DNA from: Candidatus Planktophila sp.
Lineage (GTDB): Bacteria > Actinomycetota > Actinomycetes > Nanopelagicales > Nanopelagicaceae
DNA length: 64,000 nt
Assembly (NCBI GenBank): GCA_044348425.1
Contig: JBIKSV010000001.1
Span: 2,079-66,078, forward strand
Direction of reading: 5' to 3'
Below the pieces are notes generated by a model. It saw nothing but the letters and a program-made list of their open reading frames with translations, was not told the origin of the DNA and did not search any database. The translations under genes and the position numbers were made by a program. Shown one piece after another: positions 31,740 to 41,209 of this stretch. Position 1 is the first letter of the stretch. The number at the start of each line of letters is the position of its first letter.

Positions 31740-31858
31740 TACTGCTCCTATCATTTTTGCTTAATGAAAGATCCAAGCGACCCGATGTCTCTTGGAGTAG
31801 ATCCCATCAAACTAACTTCGCTGGCAGACCGAAAATGTGAGGCTCGCCACTTCACAAA

Positions 31859-31926
31859 TTGAATCCTTTCAACTGAGGTAGAAATTACTGGCCTCGGCGA
31901 GGGTGCGTCAAGGATATTTTTATAAC
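31859..31926 (-). promoter_or_regulatory. promoter and LacI-type operator of the ABC operon
   Basis: Minus strand GTTATAAAAA..TTGACG (31911-06)-N18-TAATTT (31887-82)-N9-TTGAAAGGATTCAA (31872-59). Confidence 0.75.
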
Positions 31927-32026
31927 GTTCTAGTCTCGATTTCCTATAGCATCTCATTTATTGAGATGGAAATATCATGCTTTGAGCTGGGATTTGGGGC
32001 TGGCTCGCCTGCTTTAGGATTACAGC

Positions 32027-32536
32027 ATGACAACAGCAACCCTACATACGACCCTTGGCGATATCGTCATCGAACTCTTCCCAGATCACGCACCTAAGAC
32101 TGTAGCCAACTTCGTTGAGCTAGCAACAGGGGCAAAAGAGTGGACCGACCCACGTACCGGCAAGAAGTCCACCGAGAAGCTCTATGACGGCACAATTTTT
32201 CACCGCGTCATTAGCGGCTTCATGATTCAGGGTGGAGACCCACTTGGCCAGGGATTCGGCGGCCCAGGTTATTCATTCGCGGACGAGTTCCATGGAGAAC
32301 TGCAATTTGATCGTCCATACATCCTTGCGATGGCTAACTCCGGACCAAATTCAAATGGTTCACAATTTTTCATCACAGCAGCTCCAACAACATGGCTTAA
32401 CCGTAAGCACACAATCTTCGGTGAAGTTAAGGATGCAGCATCACAAGCAGTCGTCGACAAGATTGAGTCAACACCAACAGGTGCGCAAGATAAGCCTGTA
32501 ACACCTGTTGTAATCAATAGCGTCACAATCGCTTGA
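32027..32536 (+). CDS. ppiA: cyclophilin-type peptidyl-prolyl cis-trans isomerase
   Basis: FHRVISGFMIQGGDP, MANSGPNSNGSQFFI. Confidence 0.96.
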   Translation: MTTATLHTTLGDIVIELFPDHAPKTVANFVELATGAKEWTDPRTGKKSTEKLYDGTIFHRVISGFMIQGGDPLGQGFGGPGYSFADEFHGELQFDRPYILAMANSGPNSNGSQFFITAAPTTWLNRKHTIFGEVKDAASQAVVDKIESTPTGAQDKPVTPVVINSVTIA

Positions 32537-32564
32537 TTTCTACACTTTTTTGTTTATAAAAAGT

Positions 32565-33122
32565 ATGTTGAAGCCGCGCAGCACCGTAATTGCTCTGATT
32601 GCGGTGATCTGCGCCTTCTATCTTTGGGAACTTCTTGATGCAGGAATTATCAACACTTTGGCCTTGGTAAACATCGAGTATTTAAGCGCTAGCAATGAGT
32701 GGTATCGCCTCTTTACTGTGGCGCTTTTGCACGACACATCATCATCAATCCCGATTCACTTGGCATTTAATATGATGGCAATTCATTCGTTGGGCTCACC
32801 GATTGAAAGTTTATTAGGGCGCACACGCTTTCTGATTATCTTCTTCGTATCTCTACTTACCGGATCACTTACATCGGCTTTCTCACTTGGTTGGAACGGG
32901 TACTCAATAGGGGCATCTGGCGCTGTTTTTGGGCTCTTTGGCGCATTTATTGCACTCGGTCGCAGACTCGGATCAGAGATAAAGGGGATAGTGATCATCG
33001 TGGTCATTAATTTTGCACTCGGCTTCACAATCGGCGGAGTTGATTGGCGCGCCCACTTAGGTGGGCTCGTTGGTGGACTCTTGATTACAAAGGCATTATT
33101 GGTTTTTAACGCTGCGAAGTAA
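32565..33122 (+). CDS. rhomboid intramembrane serine protease
   Basis: WYRL, HLAFNM, GASG, AHLGG. Confidence 0.92.
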   Translation: MLKPRSTVIALIAVICAFYLWELLDAGIINTLALVNIEYLSASNEWYRLFTVALLHDTSSSIPIHLAFNMMAIHSLGSPIESLLGRTRFLIIFFVSLLTGSLTSAFSLGWNGYSIGASGAVFGLFGAFIALGRRLGSEIKGIVIIVVINFALGFTIGGVDWRAHLGGLVGGLLITKALLVFNAAK

Positions 33123-35147
33123 AATCTGCGCAACATCTAAAACTTCAACATCTGATTGACGGGCTGTCATGCCATCTCCAACCATGATGCGACAGAACGG
33201 ACAGGCCACCGCAACTTCAGGGGCACCAGTTGCAATAGCTTCATCAACACGATTGAGATTGATACGAGAACCTAAACTCTCTTCCATCCACATGCGTCCT
33301 CCGCCGCCACCGCAACAGAATGAGCGCTCTTTATTTCGCGGCATCTCTTCAACATCGCATCCGGATGCTTCAAGCAGTTCACGAGGTGGCGCATAAATTT
33401 GATTGTGGCGACCGAGATAACAAGGATCATGGAAAGTAATTTTTTGGTCAGCTTTATGCGGACTTGTCTTTAACTTTCCTTCTTTAACTAATGTGTTCAG
33501 AAGTTGAGTGTGGTGCAACATCTCAAGTTCGTAGCCACTCTGCGCATAGTCGCGACCGATTGTTGTAAAGCAATGAGGGCAAGTGACAACAACCTTTTTC
33601 TTACCTTTAGGGCGATCACCGAATGTCTCCTTAAATGTTTCAATATTCTCTGCTGAAAGAATTTGATAGAGAAATTCATTTCCTGATCTGCGAGCGGGGT
33701 CTCCGGTACATGTTTCACGCTTTCCAAGAACGGCAAAGTTAACGCCTGCCATATGCAAGAGTTCTGCAACCGCCTTGGTAGTTTTCTTAGCGCGATCTTC
33801 ATAAGCGCCAGCGCATCCAACCCAGAAGAGGTATTCAACTTCTTCAGGGAGTTCACCACTTACCACGCGAACCGGGAAGTCACATTCTGCAATCCAACCT
33901 TCACGATCTTGCTTATTGGCACCCCAAGGGTTACCAGCCTTCTCAAGGTTTTTAAATGTTCCACCGAGCTCTTTTGGAAACTCTGATTCAACTAAGACCT
34001 GGAATCGACGCATGTTTACAATGTGATCAACATGCTCGATATCAACTGGGCACTCATTTACACATGCGCCACAAGAGGTACATGACCAGAGGACATCTTG
34101 CGAAATGGGAGCACCGGTACCAACAAGATTTTCAGTTTCAACAACGCCTGCCATAGCGTGATCGCGCATCGCCATAATGAGAAGTTTTGGAGAGAGTGGT
34201 TTTTCGGTATGCCATGCAGGACATTGAGATTGGCAACGTCCGCACTCGGTACAGCTCGTCATATCGAGCAGACCCTTCCAGGAGATATCTCCGCGTGTGC
34301 CTAGACCAAAGACATCATCTTCTGCGGGATCTTCAAAATTAACTGGCTTACCTTTAGATAGCATTTCTGGCAACGCACCGAGAGCTGGTTGGTCAATATC
34401 GCGCTTAAAGTAAATATTGAAGAATGCTAAGAAGCGGTGCCACGCGACGCCCATTGTTAAATTAGTTGAGATAACGATAAACCACGCCATCGAGACGAGA
34501 ATCTTGATTGTTGCAACAATAAAGATTGCATTCTCAATCGAGGCAACGCTCCATGATGAGAAGAAAGAGACCGCTGGCCAAGAAATTGCATAATGCCAGT
34601 TCCAGGATTCTTTACCTTGCAGTGCACCCTCAAGTCCACGAAGGGCAATTACACAGAAGACGATGGCAAGAATTGTTGCCTCAACATAGTAAGCACGCCC
34701 TGAGTTTGACCCTGCAAAACGTGATGTTCGACCTTTATGAATGAAGCGGGTGGCTTGTCTAATTCCAATTAAGGTAACGATTCCGATTCCGGTAAGCGCT
34801 GCAATCGTTTCAGCGAAGAGTTCGTAGCCAACAAAGTGGCCGATAATTGGAAGTGCAAAATGTGGGTCAAGCAATTGTCCGTATGCAGTAACTAGTGTTC
34901 CAAATAAAGCACCGAAGCCGACCATGACAAACCAATGTGCAATACCGGTAGCTGTGAAGTTGAGCATCTTGGTATGGCCAAGGACTTCAACCAACATATT
35001 CTTTGTGCGCGCTGCGCGATCGCCAGAACGAGTCGGATCAGGTTGCTGTTTGCGATAGAGAGCAATTAACGTGCGAACGCTCTTAGCAAAGAGTCCGATA
35101 GCCACAATTGTGATGGCATATGTAACGAGAGCAATAGCTAGCTTCAT
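33096..35147 (-). CDS. membrane Fe-S oxidoreductase (FadF/EtfD-like: TM domain, 2x[4Fe-4S], two CCG domains)
   Basis: CTECGRCQSQCP, CTSCGACVNECP, CTGD, CCGGGGG; has its own TACCCT -10 7 nt before the ATG. Confidence 0.88.
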   Translation of the reverse strand: MKLAIALVTYAITIVAIGLFAKSVRTLIALYRKQQPDPTRSGDRAARTKNMLVEVLGHTKMLNFTATGIAHWFVMVGFGALFGTLVTAYGQLLDPHFALPIIGHFVGYELFAETIAALTGIGIVTLIGIRQATRFIHKGRTSRFAGSNSGRAYYVEATILAIVFCVIALRGLEGALQGKESWNWHYAISWPAVSFFSSWSVASIENAIFIVATIKILVSMAWFIVISTNLTMGVAWHRFLAFFNIYFKRDIDQPALGALPEMLSKGKPVNFEDPAEDDVFGLGTRGDISWKGLLDMTSCTECGRCQSQCPAWHTEKPLSPKLLIMAMRDHAMAGVVETENLVGTGAPISQDVLWSCTSCGACVNECPVDIEHVDHIVNMRRFQVLVESEFPKELGGTFKNLEKAGNPWGANKQDREGWIAECDFPVRVVSGELPEEVEYLFWVGCAGAYEDRAKKTTKAVAELLHMAGVNFAVLGKRETCTGDPARRSGNEFLYQILSAENIETFKETFGDRPKGKKKVVVTCPHCFTTIGRDYAQSGYELEMLHHTQLLNTLVKEGKLKTSPHKADQKITFHDPCYLGRHNQIYAPPRELLEASGCDVEEMPRNKERSFCCGGGGGRMWMEESLGSRINLNRVDEAIATGAPEVAVACPFCRIMVGDGMTARQSDVEVLDVAQILLRSVKNQ

Positions 35148-35164
35148 GAGGGCTAGGGTAATCG

Positions 35165-36577
35165 TTAGCGCGGGATAAATTCCTTTGAAGTAAAGGAATT
35201 CTTAATGAGAGCCCTCGCCTCTGTGAGGTCTTTGACCACACCGGCTGCAATTGCTTGCACGGCAATATTTCCAAAGAGAGTCGCCTCGACCGGGCCGGTC
35301 TTTACGGGCACTCCACAGATATCAGCGGTAATTTGGTTGAGCAGGTCATTCTGTGAGCCCCCACCGAGGATATGAATCAGGTTGATCTGTCGCCCAGAGA
35401 CAGTGGCGATCTCGGCGAGCGTCTTTTTGTAGGCGTGGGCAAGGCTATTAAAGATAGTAATCGCAAATTCGCCTGGGGTCGTTGGGGCGGTTAGGCCGCG
35501 ATCACGACAGTAATCAACGATGCGCTTTGGCATATCTCCCGGAGGTGCAAAGAGGGGATCGTTGGGATCGATAAGAGTTGAAAATCCGCGAGCTGCTTCT
35601 GCTTGGGCAATAAGAGCAGGCATCTCTATTTCGGCACCGCTTTCACGCCAAGTGCGACGACATTCTTCTAATAACCACATACCAGTTACATTTTTAAGGA
35701 CGCGCACCGTTCCCTCAACACCTAATTCATTTGTCACATTAGCTGCAAAGGCGGCGTTCGATGTAAATGGGCGCTCGCTCTCTATTCCCACAAGTGACCA
35801 TGTACCGCTGGATATGTATGCCTCCACTTCGCGATTACCAAATGGAACACCCGCAATCGCAGATGCAGTGTCATGTGATGCTGCAGCTACAACGTTGATT
35901 CCATCGAGGCCCGGATAACCTGAAACTTTGCCGATATGAGTGCCTGGTTCATGAAGTGCTGAAAAGAGCGAAAACTTTAGATCTGCTAACTCAATAAGTT
36001 CTTTATCCCAAGTTCGAGTAGCTGTGTTGAGTGCTTGAGTGCTTGAGGCGTTAGTTACTTCAGTTGAGATTACTCCAGAGAGAATAAAGTTAATCAAGTC
36101 AGGGAGCATCAAGAATTTATCTGCGTTCTTATACTCAGGCAAAGAACGTGATGCGTAAAGTTGGTAGATAGTGTTAAAAGTTAAGAACTGAATACCTGTT
36201 GTTGAATAAATCCGCTCTTTACCCAACTTTGCAATCAGCTCTTTAGAGGCAATCTCATTACGGAAATCCCGGTAAGCGTGGATATCACCGATTAACTTTT
36301 TATCACTCGAGATAAATCCATAATCAACAGCCCACGAATCAACAGCAATACTTATTGGCTTAGAGATTTTTGCTGCCTCATTGAGTCCAGTTAGAACTTG
36401 CGAGAAAATGAAATCCCAATCCCAAAGAAGTGAACCGTTGGATTGTTCGGCTACTTCGTGAGAGAAGCGGTGAACGATTGAGAGCTCGATTGAACCTTTA
36501 TCTACGCTACCGATAGCAACGCGTCCGCTGGTCGCGCCGAGATCTACCGCTAAGAATTGGTCCATTTTTGAGCTCAA
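35165..36577 (-). CDS. rhaB: rhamnulokinase
   Basis: AVDLGATSGR, DSWAVDY, SHDTASA, ISSGTWSL, GGGSQN. Confidence 0.92.
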   Translation of the reverse strand: MSSKMDQFLAVDLGATSGRVAIGSVDKGSIELSIVHRFSHEVAEQSNGSLLWDWDFIFSQVLTGLNEAAKISKPISIAVDSWAVDYGFISSDKKLIGDIHAYRDFRNEIASKELIAKLGKERIYSTTGIQFLTFNTIYQLYASRSLPEYKNADKFLMLPDLINFILSGVISTEVTNASSTQALNTATRTWDKELIELADLKFSLFSALHEPGTHIGKVSGYPGLDGINVVAAASHDTASAIAGVPFGNREVEAYISSGTWSLVGIESERPFTSNAAFAANVTNELGVEGTVRVLKNVTGMWLLEECRRTWRESGAEIEMPALIAQAEAARGFSTLIDPNDPLFAPPGDMPKRIVDYCRDRGLTAPTTPGEFAITIFNSLAHAYKKTLAEIATVSGRQINLIHILGGGSQNDLLNQITADICGVPVKTGPVEATLFGNIAVQAIAAGVVKDLTEARALIKNSFTSKEFIPR

Positions 36578-38614
36578 TTAGCGCATAAATGCAGCTGCTA
36601 CTCCGCTATCAACCGGAATATGCAACCCAGTGGTGAGTTGAAGATCGGATGCACAGAGAACAAATACAGCTGCAGCAATATTCTCAGGGAGAACCTCGCG
36701 TTTTAAAATTGAGCGCTGCGCGTAATATTCGCCAAGCTTCTCTTCTTCAACACCATAAACAGCAGCGCGATTAGCGCCCCATCCGGATGAGAAGATGCCT
36801 GAACCGCGAACAACTCCATCAGGATTTACGCCATTGACGCGAATCTGATGCGCACCGAGCTCAGCAGCAAGAAGTCTTACCTGATGAGCTTGGTCAGCCT
36901 TAGTGGCGCCGTATGCGATGTTATTTGGTCCAGCAAAGATCGAATTCTTTGAAGAGATGTAGACGATGTCGCCACCCATATTTTGGGCAATCATCGCCTT
37001 TGCTGATTCACGAGACATCAAGAATGAACCGCGGGCCATTACATCGTGCTGTAAATCCCAATCAGCAACAGTTGTTTCGGTCAGTGGCTTACTTAATGAG
37101 AGACCAGCGTTATTGACAACGAGATCAACGCCACCAAATGCAATTGAAGCAGCATGCACTGTAGCAATAATTGCTTCTTCATCCGTGACATCCACCTTGA
37201 CGGCGATAGCACGATCAGCATTTCCGATTTCAAGAGCAACTGCAGTTGCTGCATCAAGATCGCGATCGGCAACGACGACACAGGCACCTTCAGCTGCCAA
37301 GCGAAGGCTTGTTGCTTTTCCGATACCTGAACCGCCACCTGTAACAATTGCCACACGACCAGCAAGTGGCTTTGGCTTTGGCATGCGACGAAGTTTCGCC
37401 TCTTCAAGCTCCCAGTATTCAATTCTGAACTTTTCAGATTCATCAATTGGCTCATAAGTTGATACTGATTCAGCCCCACGCATTACGTTGATTGCATTGG
37501 TATAGAACTCACCTGCAACTCGAGCGGTCTGCTTATCTTTTCCGTAGCTAAACATTCCAACGCCAGGAACCAGAATGATTAATGGATCAGCACCACGCAT
37601 GGCAGGAGAGTCTGCGGTGGCATACTTTTTATAGTAATTGGCGTAGGTTTCACGATATCCAACATGGAGCTCATGTGCGCGAGCGATAATCTCTTCAACT
37701 GAGGCGCTCGAAGGGGTGTCGATTACCATCGGAGAAATCTTTGTTCGCAAGAAGTGATCAGGACATGATGTTCCGAGCGCAGCAAGGCGCCCTAGCTCTG
37801 CGTGTGAAATGAAATCTAGAACGACATCGCTATCGTTAAAGTGACCGAGCATTGGATTATCTTGTGATGCGATTCCACGTAGCGCTGGTGCAAGTAAAGC
37901 TGCCTTTGCTAGACGAGCCTCAGGCGCCAGGGGAGCTCTCTCTTTAACTGCTGCACCAAAAGGATCCTTCTTTCCTTTGCTTGCTAAAAACTTTTCGGCT
38001 TTTTCAATTGCATCGATAGAACGCTTCTCGCACTCATCAGATGTATCCGCCCATGTTGTTAAGCCATGTCCGCCGAGGATTGCTCCCTTGGCTTTTGGAT
38101 TCTCTTTGGCAATAGCGGCAATATCGAGACCGAGTTGAAAACCAGGGCGACGCCAATCAACCCAGAGAATCTCATCGCCAAAACATTCGCGAGTAAGAGC
38201 TTGACCATCTGCAGCTGTTGCTAGAGCGATAATTGAATCTGGGTGTAGGTGATCTACGTGTGCAGTATCAACCAGCCCGTGCATTGCAGTATCAATTGAC
38301 GGCGCTGCGCCACCACGACCAAAAGTGCAGTAATCAAAGAGTGCAACCATTTCATCTTCGTGTTCGACGCCACGATAAACGTTAACGAGTGCACGCATTC
38401 GATCAAGATAGAGCGCTGCTAGACCCGACTCTTTAAGAGTTCCTAGATCACCGCCAGAGCCTTTGACGTAGAGAACATCTACTTTTTCTCCTGTAGATGG
38501 ATCCTGAGCTTCACCTTTGGCAGATGTATTGCCGCCTGCGTAGTTGGTGAACTTTGGGTTACTCCCTAGTCGATTACTGCGACCTAATAACTCTTCAACG
38601 CTCTTCTTACTCAT
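36578..38614 (-). CDS. rhaEW: bifunctional rhamnulose-1-phosphate aldolase / short-chain (lactaldehyde) dehydrogenase
   Basis: GGNTSAK, HVDHLHPD, CPDHFLRTK aldolase half fused to an SDR domain (TGGGSGIG, NNAG, YGATK). Confidence 0.92.
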   Translation of the reverse strand: MSKKSVEELLGRSNRLGSNPKFTNYAGGNTSAKGEAQDPSTGEKVDVLYVKGSGGDLGTLKESGLAALYLDRMRALVNVYRGVEHEDEMVALFDYCTFGRGGAAPSIDTAMHGLVDTAHVDHLHPDSIIALATAADGQALTRECFGDEILWVDWRRPGFQLGLDIAAIAKENPKAKGAILGGHGLTTWADTSDECEKRSIDAIEKAEKFLASKGKKDPFGAAVKERAPLAPEARLAKAALLAPALRGIASQDNPMLGHFNDSDVVLDFISHAELGRLAALGTSCPDHFLRTKISPMVIDTPSSASVEEIIARAHELHVGYRETYANYYKKYATADSPAMRGADPLIILVPGVGMFSYGKDKQTARVAGEFYTNAINVMRGAESVSTYEPIDESEKFRIEYWELEEAKLRRMPKPKPLAGRVAIVTGGGSGIGKATSLRLAAEGACVVVADRDLDAATAVALEIGNADRAIAVKVDVTDEEAIIATVHAASIAFGGVDLVVNNAGLSLSKPLTETTVADWDLQHDVMARGSFLMSRESAKAMIAQNMGGDIVYISSKNSIFAGPNNIAYGATKADQAHQVRLLAAELGAHQIRVNGVNPDGVVRGSGIFSSGWGANRAAVYGVEEEKLGEYYAQRSILKREVLPENIAAAVFVLCASDLQLTTGLHIPVDSGVAAAFMR

Positions 38615-38618
38615 CTAA

Positions 38619-39785
38619 TTAAGCACCCCAACCAGCTTGGTTTCCACCGACACGTTCTGTTGCAATCTTTGCGGCATATCCGCTTGCGGCATAAGCCTTC
38701 ATTGGTTCTGGATCAATGCCTTTATCACTTCTCCATTCGCGCAAAAGTCCACGAACATCAGTGTTGTAAGCATCCATTAAGCATTCGTGTGCAGCCAAAA
38801 CATCACCAGCACGTTGTGCAGCCTTAAGTGCATCTTGATCGACAAGAACTGCTTTTGCTACTGCCTCTTGGACATTCATAATCGAACGAATCTGACCAGG
38901 AATCTTGGCTTCAATGTTGTGGCATTGATCGAGTACATATGAAACTGGAGTTCCAACATCAAAACCACCGTTGATATTTACCTCATGCATAATGCGGAAG
39001 AGCTGGAATGGATCTGCTGCTCCAACAATCAAATCGTCATCTGCATAGAAACGTGAGTTGAAGTCAAATGCCCCAAGGCGCTTGGCGCGCAATAAACCTG
39101 CGACGATGAATTCAATATTTGTTCCTGGTGCATGGTGTCCTGTATCAACAACAACCATCGCCTTTGGACCGAGCGCCATGCAGTGCAATAGTGATGTGCC
39201 CCAGTCAGGAACATCAGTGTGATAAAAAGCTGGCTCGAAGAATTTGTATTCAAGCAACATACGCTGATGATCGCCTAGGTGTGCATAAGCCTGCTGAAGT
39301 GAATCAGCTAAACGGTTCTGGCGATCTGCGATGTCATCTTGGCCTGGATAGTTTGTTCCGTCAGCAAACCAGAGCTTGAGATCTTGCACGCCGGTCTGGT
39401 TCATAATGTCGATACAATCGATTAGATGCTTTACTGCATTTGCTCGCACTTTTGGATCTGGGGCGCAGACTGAACCCAAGATGTATTGATCATCTTGAAA
39501 TGTATTGGAGTTAATTGTTCCGAGCTTTACACCCAGGCTCTGTGCGTGGGCGCTAAAGTCTTTGTAATCTTCGACTTTATCCCATGGGATATGAAGAGCA
39601 ACTGTTGGAGCGGCACCGGTGTACTTATTTACCTGCGCGGCATCTGCAACTTTTTCGTAAGGATCGCGCGGAACTCCTGGTTGCCCGAAGACCTTAAAGC
39701 GCGTACCTGAGTTTCCGTAAGCCCATGAAGGAGTTTCGACTCCTAAGCGATTGAGGACGCTCTTGACTTCACTGTTGCTTGCCAT
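38619..39785 (-). CDS. rhaI: L-rhamnose isomerase (RhaI type)
   Basis: ETPSWAYGNSGTRF, LHIPWD, EYKFFEP, DTGHHA, DQCHNIE. Start moved to ATG 39785 because the longer ORF runs through the operator. Confidence 0.92.
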   Translation of the reverse strand: MASNSEVKSVLNRLGVETPSWAYGNSGTRFKVFGQPGVPRDPYEKVADAAQVNKYTGAAPTVALHIPWDKVEDYKDFSAHAQSLGVKLGTINSNTFQDDQYILGSVCAPDPKVRANAVKHLIDCIDIMNQTGVQDLKLWFADGTNYPGQDDIADRQNRLADSLQQAYAHLGDHQRMLLEYKFFEPAFYHTDVPDWGTSLLHCMALGPKAMVVVDTGHHAPGTNIEFIVAGLLRAKRLGAFDFNSRFYADDDLIVGAADPFQLFRIMHEVNINGGFDVGTPVSYVLDQCHNIEAKIPGQIRSIMNVQEAVAKAVLVDQDALKAAQRAGDVLAAHECLMDAYNTDVRGLLREWRSDKGIDPEPMKAYAASGYAAKIATERVGGNQAGWGA

Positions 39786-39801
39786 TGTTGCCACCATTTC
39801 A

Positions 39802-39857
39802 TTGAATCGGTTCACTTCCAATATGCTCACCGTAAGGCGATTTCAAGCGTGAGTCAA
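39802..39857 (-). promoter_or_regulatory. promoter and LacI-type operator of rhaI-rhaEW-rhaB
   Basis: Minus strand TTGACT (39857-52)-N17-TACGGT (39834-29); operator TTGAATCGGTTCAC at 39802-15. Confidence 0.75.
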
Positions 39858-39895
39858 TAAGGCTTATGGGCGAAGGGAGCTCGATTAGAGAAGAA

Positions 39896-39926
39896 AATTG
39901 ACACCGTTCAATTACAGGAGCAGACT
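39896..39926 (+). promoter_or_regulatory. promoter of the LacI regulator with a weaker operator overlapping its -35
   Basis: AATTGACACCGTTCAATT; TTGACA-N17-CAGACT-N8-ATG. Confidence 0.55.
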
Positions 39927-39934
39927 CCCGACCC

Positions 39935-40933
39935 ATGAGCGTAAGCCTTCGAGATGTCGCGAAATCAGCGAAAGTCTCAGTGGGTACCGTTTCGAATGTA
40001 CTTAATCGCCCCGAGATCGTTGCCGAAAAAACATTGCTTCGGGTACGAGAAACAATTAAAGAGCTGGGTTTTGTCCCAAATGGTTTCGCCCGGCAACTGC
40101 GCTTTGGCAATAGCCGCACAATCGGATTGATTGTTCCTGATGTAGCAAACCCATTCTTTACTGAAGTTGCACGCGGTGTAGAAGATGGTGCCAATAAACG
40201 AGAGTATGCAGTTTTTCTCTGCAATTCAGATGAATCGGTAGTAAAAGAAGAGCGCTACATAAATGTTTTGATTGAACAACAAGTGCGCGGTGTTCTATTT
40301 GCACCTAGCGATATCAAATCAAATCGCATGGATGAGATGAAGAGCCGCGGAATTTCAGTCACTCTTTTAGATAGAGAGCAGAAAGGCAACGATCATTGCT
40401 CTGTCTCGGTCGATGATGTTTATGGCGGACATATTGCCATCGAATATCTTGGAGAATTAGGACATCAGAACATTGCCTGGGTCGCAGGTCCTGAAAGCAT
40501 TCCGCAAGTTGCAGATCGAGGCGTAGGCGTTGCAAAAGCAGCAAAAGCCGGAGGACTAAATATTGAGACGATACGAGTTCAGCTGCAGAACTCTGCACAA
40601 GGAGAAGAAGCGGCAAAGTTGATTCTTCAACTTCCCAAGATGCCGACCGCAGTTTTCTGCGCCAACGACCTCTTGGCGCTCGGATTAATGCGTGGGCTGA
40701 TGGCAGCTAAAGTAAAGGTGCCAGATCAGGTTTCTATTTTGGGTTATGACGACATCAATTTTGCATCGTCAGCAGCAGTACCGCTCTCATCAATCTCGCA
40801 GCCCGCTTATCAGATGGGTGTTACTGCAGCAGATTTATTGTTAAGCGAGTGCGAGGACGGCGAAAACCATCAGCACCAACAGATTCGATTCCAACCAAAA
40901 CTCGTAGAGCGCGAATCTACAAAGAAGCGTTGA
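39935..40933 (+). CDS. LacI-family transcriptional regulator of the rhamnose locus (RhaR-like)
   Basis: HTH SLRDVAKSAKVSVGTVSNVLN, NPFF, FCANDLLA, GYDD, LVERES; divergent from rhaI. Confidence 0.92.
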   Translation: MSVSLRDVAKSAKVSVGTVSNVLNRPEIVAEKTLLRVRETIKELGFVPNGFARQLRFGNSRTIGLIVPDVANPFFTEVARGVEDGANKREYAVFLCNSDESVVKEERYINVLIEQQVRGVLFAPSDIKSNRMDEMKSRGISVTLLDREQKGNDHCSVSVDDVYGGHIAIEYLGELGHQNIAWVAGPESIPQVADRGVGVAKAAKAGGLNIETIRVQLQNSAQGEEAAKLILQLPKMPTAVFCANDLLALGLMRGLMAAKVKVPDQVSILGYDDINFASSAAVPLSSISQPAYQMGVTAADLLLSECEDGENHQHQQIRFQPKLVERESTKKR

Positions 40934-40978
40934 CCACACATCGTTTCGTTGCTATCTTTTCAGCTTGAATCGGTTCAA
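40930..40978 (+). promoter_or_regulatory. promoter and LacI-type operator of the ferredoxin-reductase-P450-NHL operon
   Basis: TTGACC (40930-35)-N17-TATCTT (40953-58, preceded by TGc)-N6-TTGAATCGGTTCAA (40965-78). Confidence 0.8.
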
Positions 40979-41014
40979 AGAAGCCTGATCAAAGTAGATA
41001 TTGTGGAGAAATCA

Positions 41015-41206
41015 ATGAAAGTTCGCGTAGACCGTGAAGCATGTATCGGCGCTGGACAATGTGCACTCGTTGCAGGATCTATCTTTGATCAAGATGATGA
41101 AGGATTAGTAATTCTCCTCGTCGAAACTCCTGGCGAAGATTCACATGCAATGGCGCGCAAGGCTGCCACTCTCTGTCCTGCAAAAGCTATCTCCATCGAG
41201 GAGTAA
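41015..41206 (+). CDS. [3Fe-4S]-type ferredoxin (P450 partner)
   Basis: 63 aa from ATG 41015 (GGAG SD): CIGAGQC...LCPAKAI. Confidence 0.9.
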   Translation: MKVRVDREACIGAGQCALVAGSIFDQDDEGLVILLVETPGEDSHAMARKAATLCPAKAISIEE

Positions 41207-41209
41207 GAA

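Noticed and set aside
33096-35147. Fe-S oxidoreductase as the lactate-oxidising last step of the rha operon
   Set aside because: Although co-oriented 17 bp after rhaB, it has its own leaderless-type -10, no operator, and the FadF/EtfD architecture rather than LutABC. Read-through cannot be excluded.
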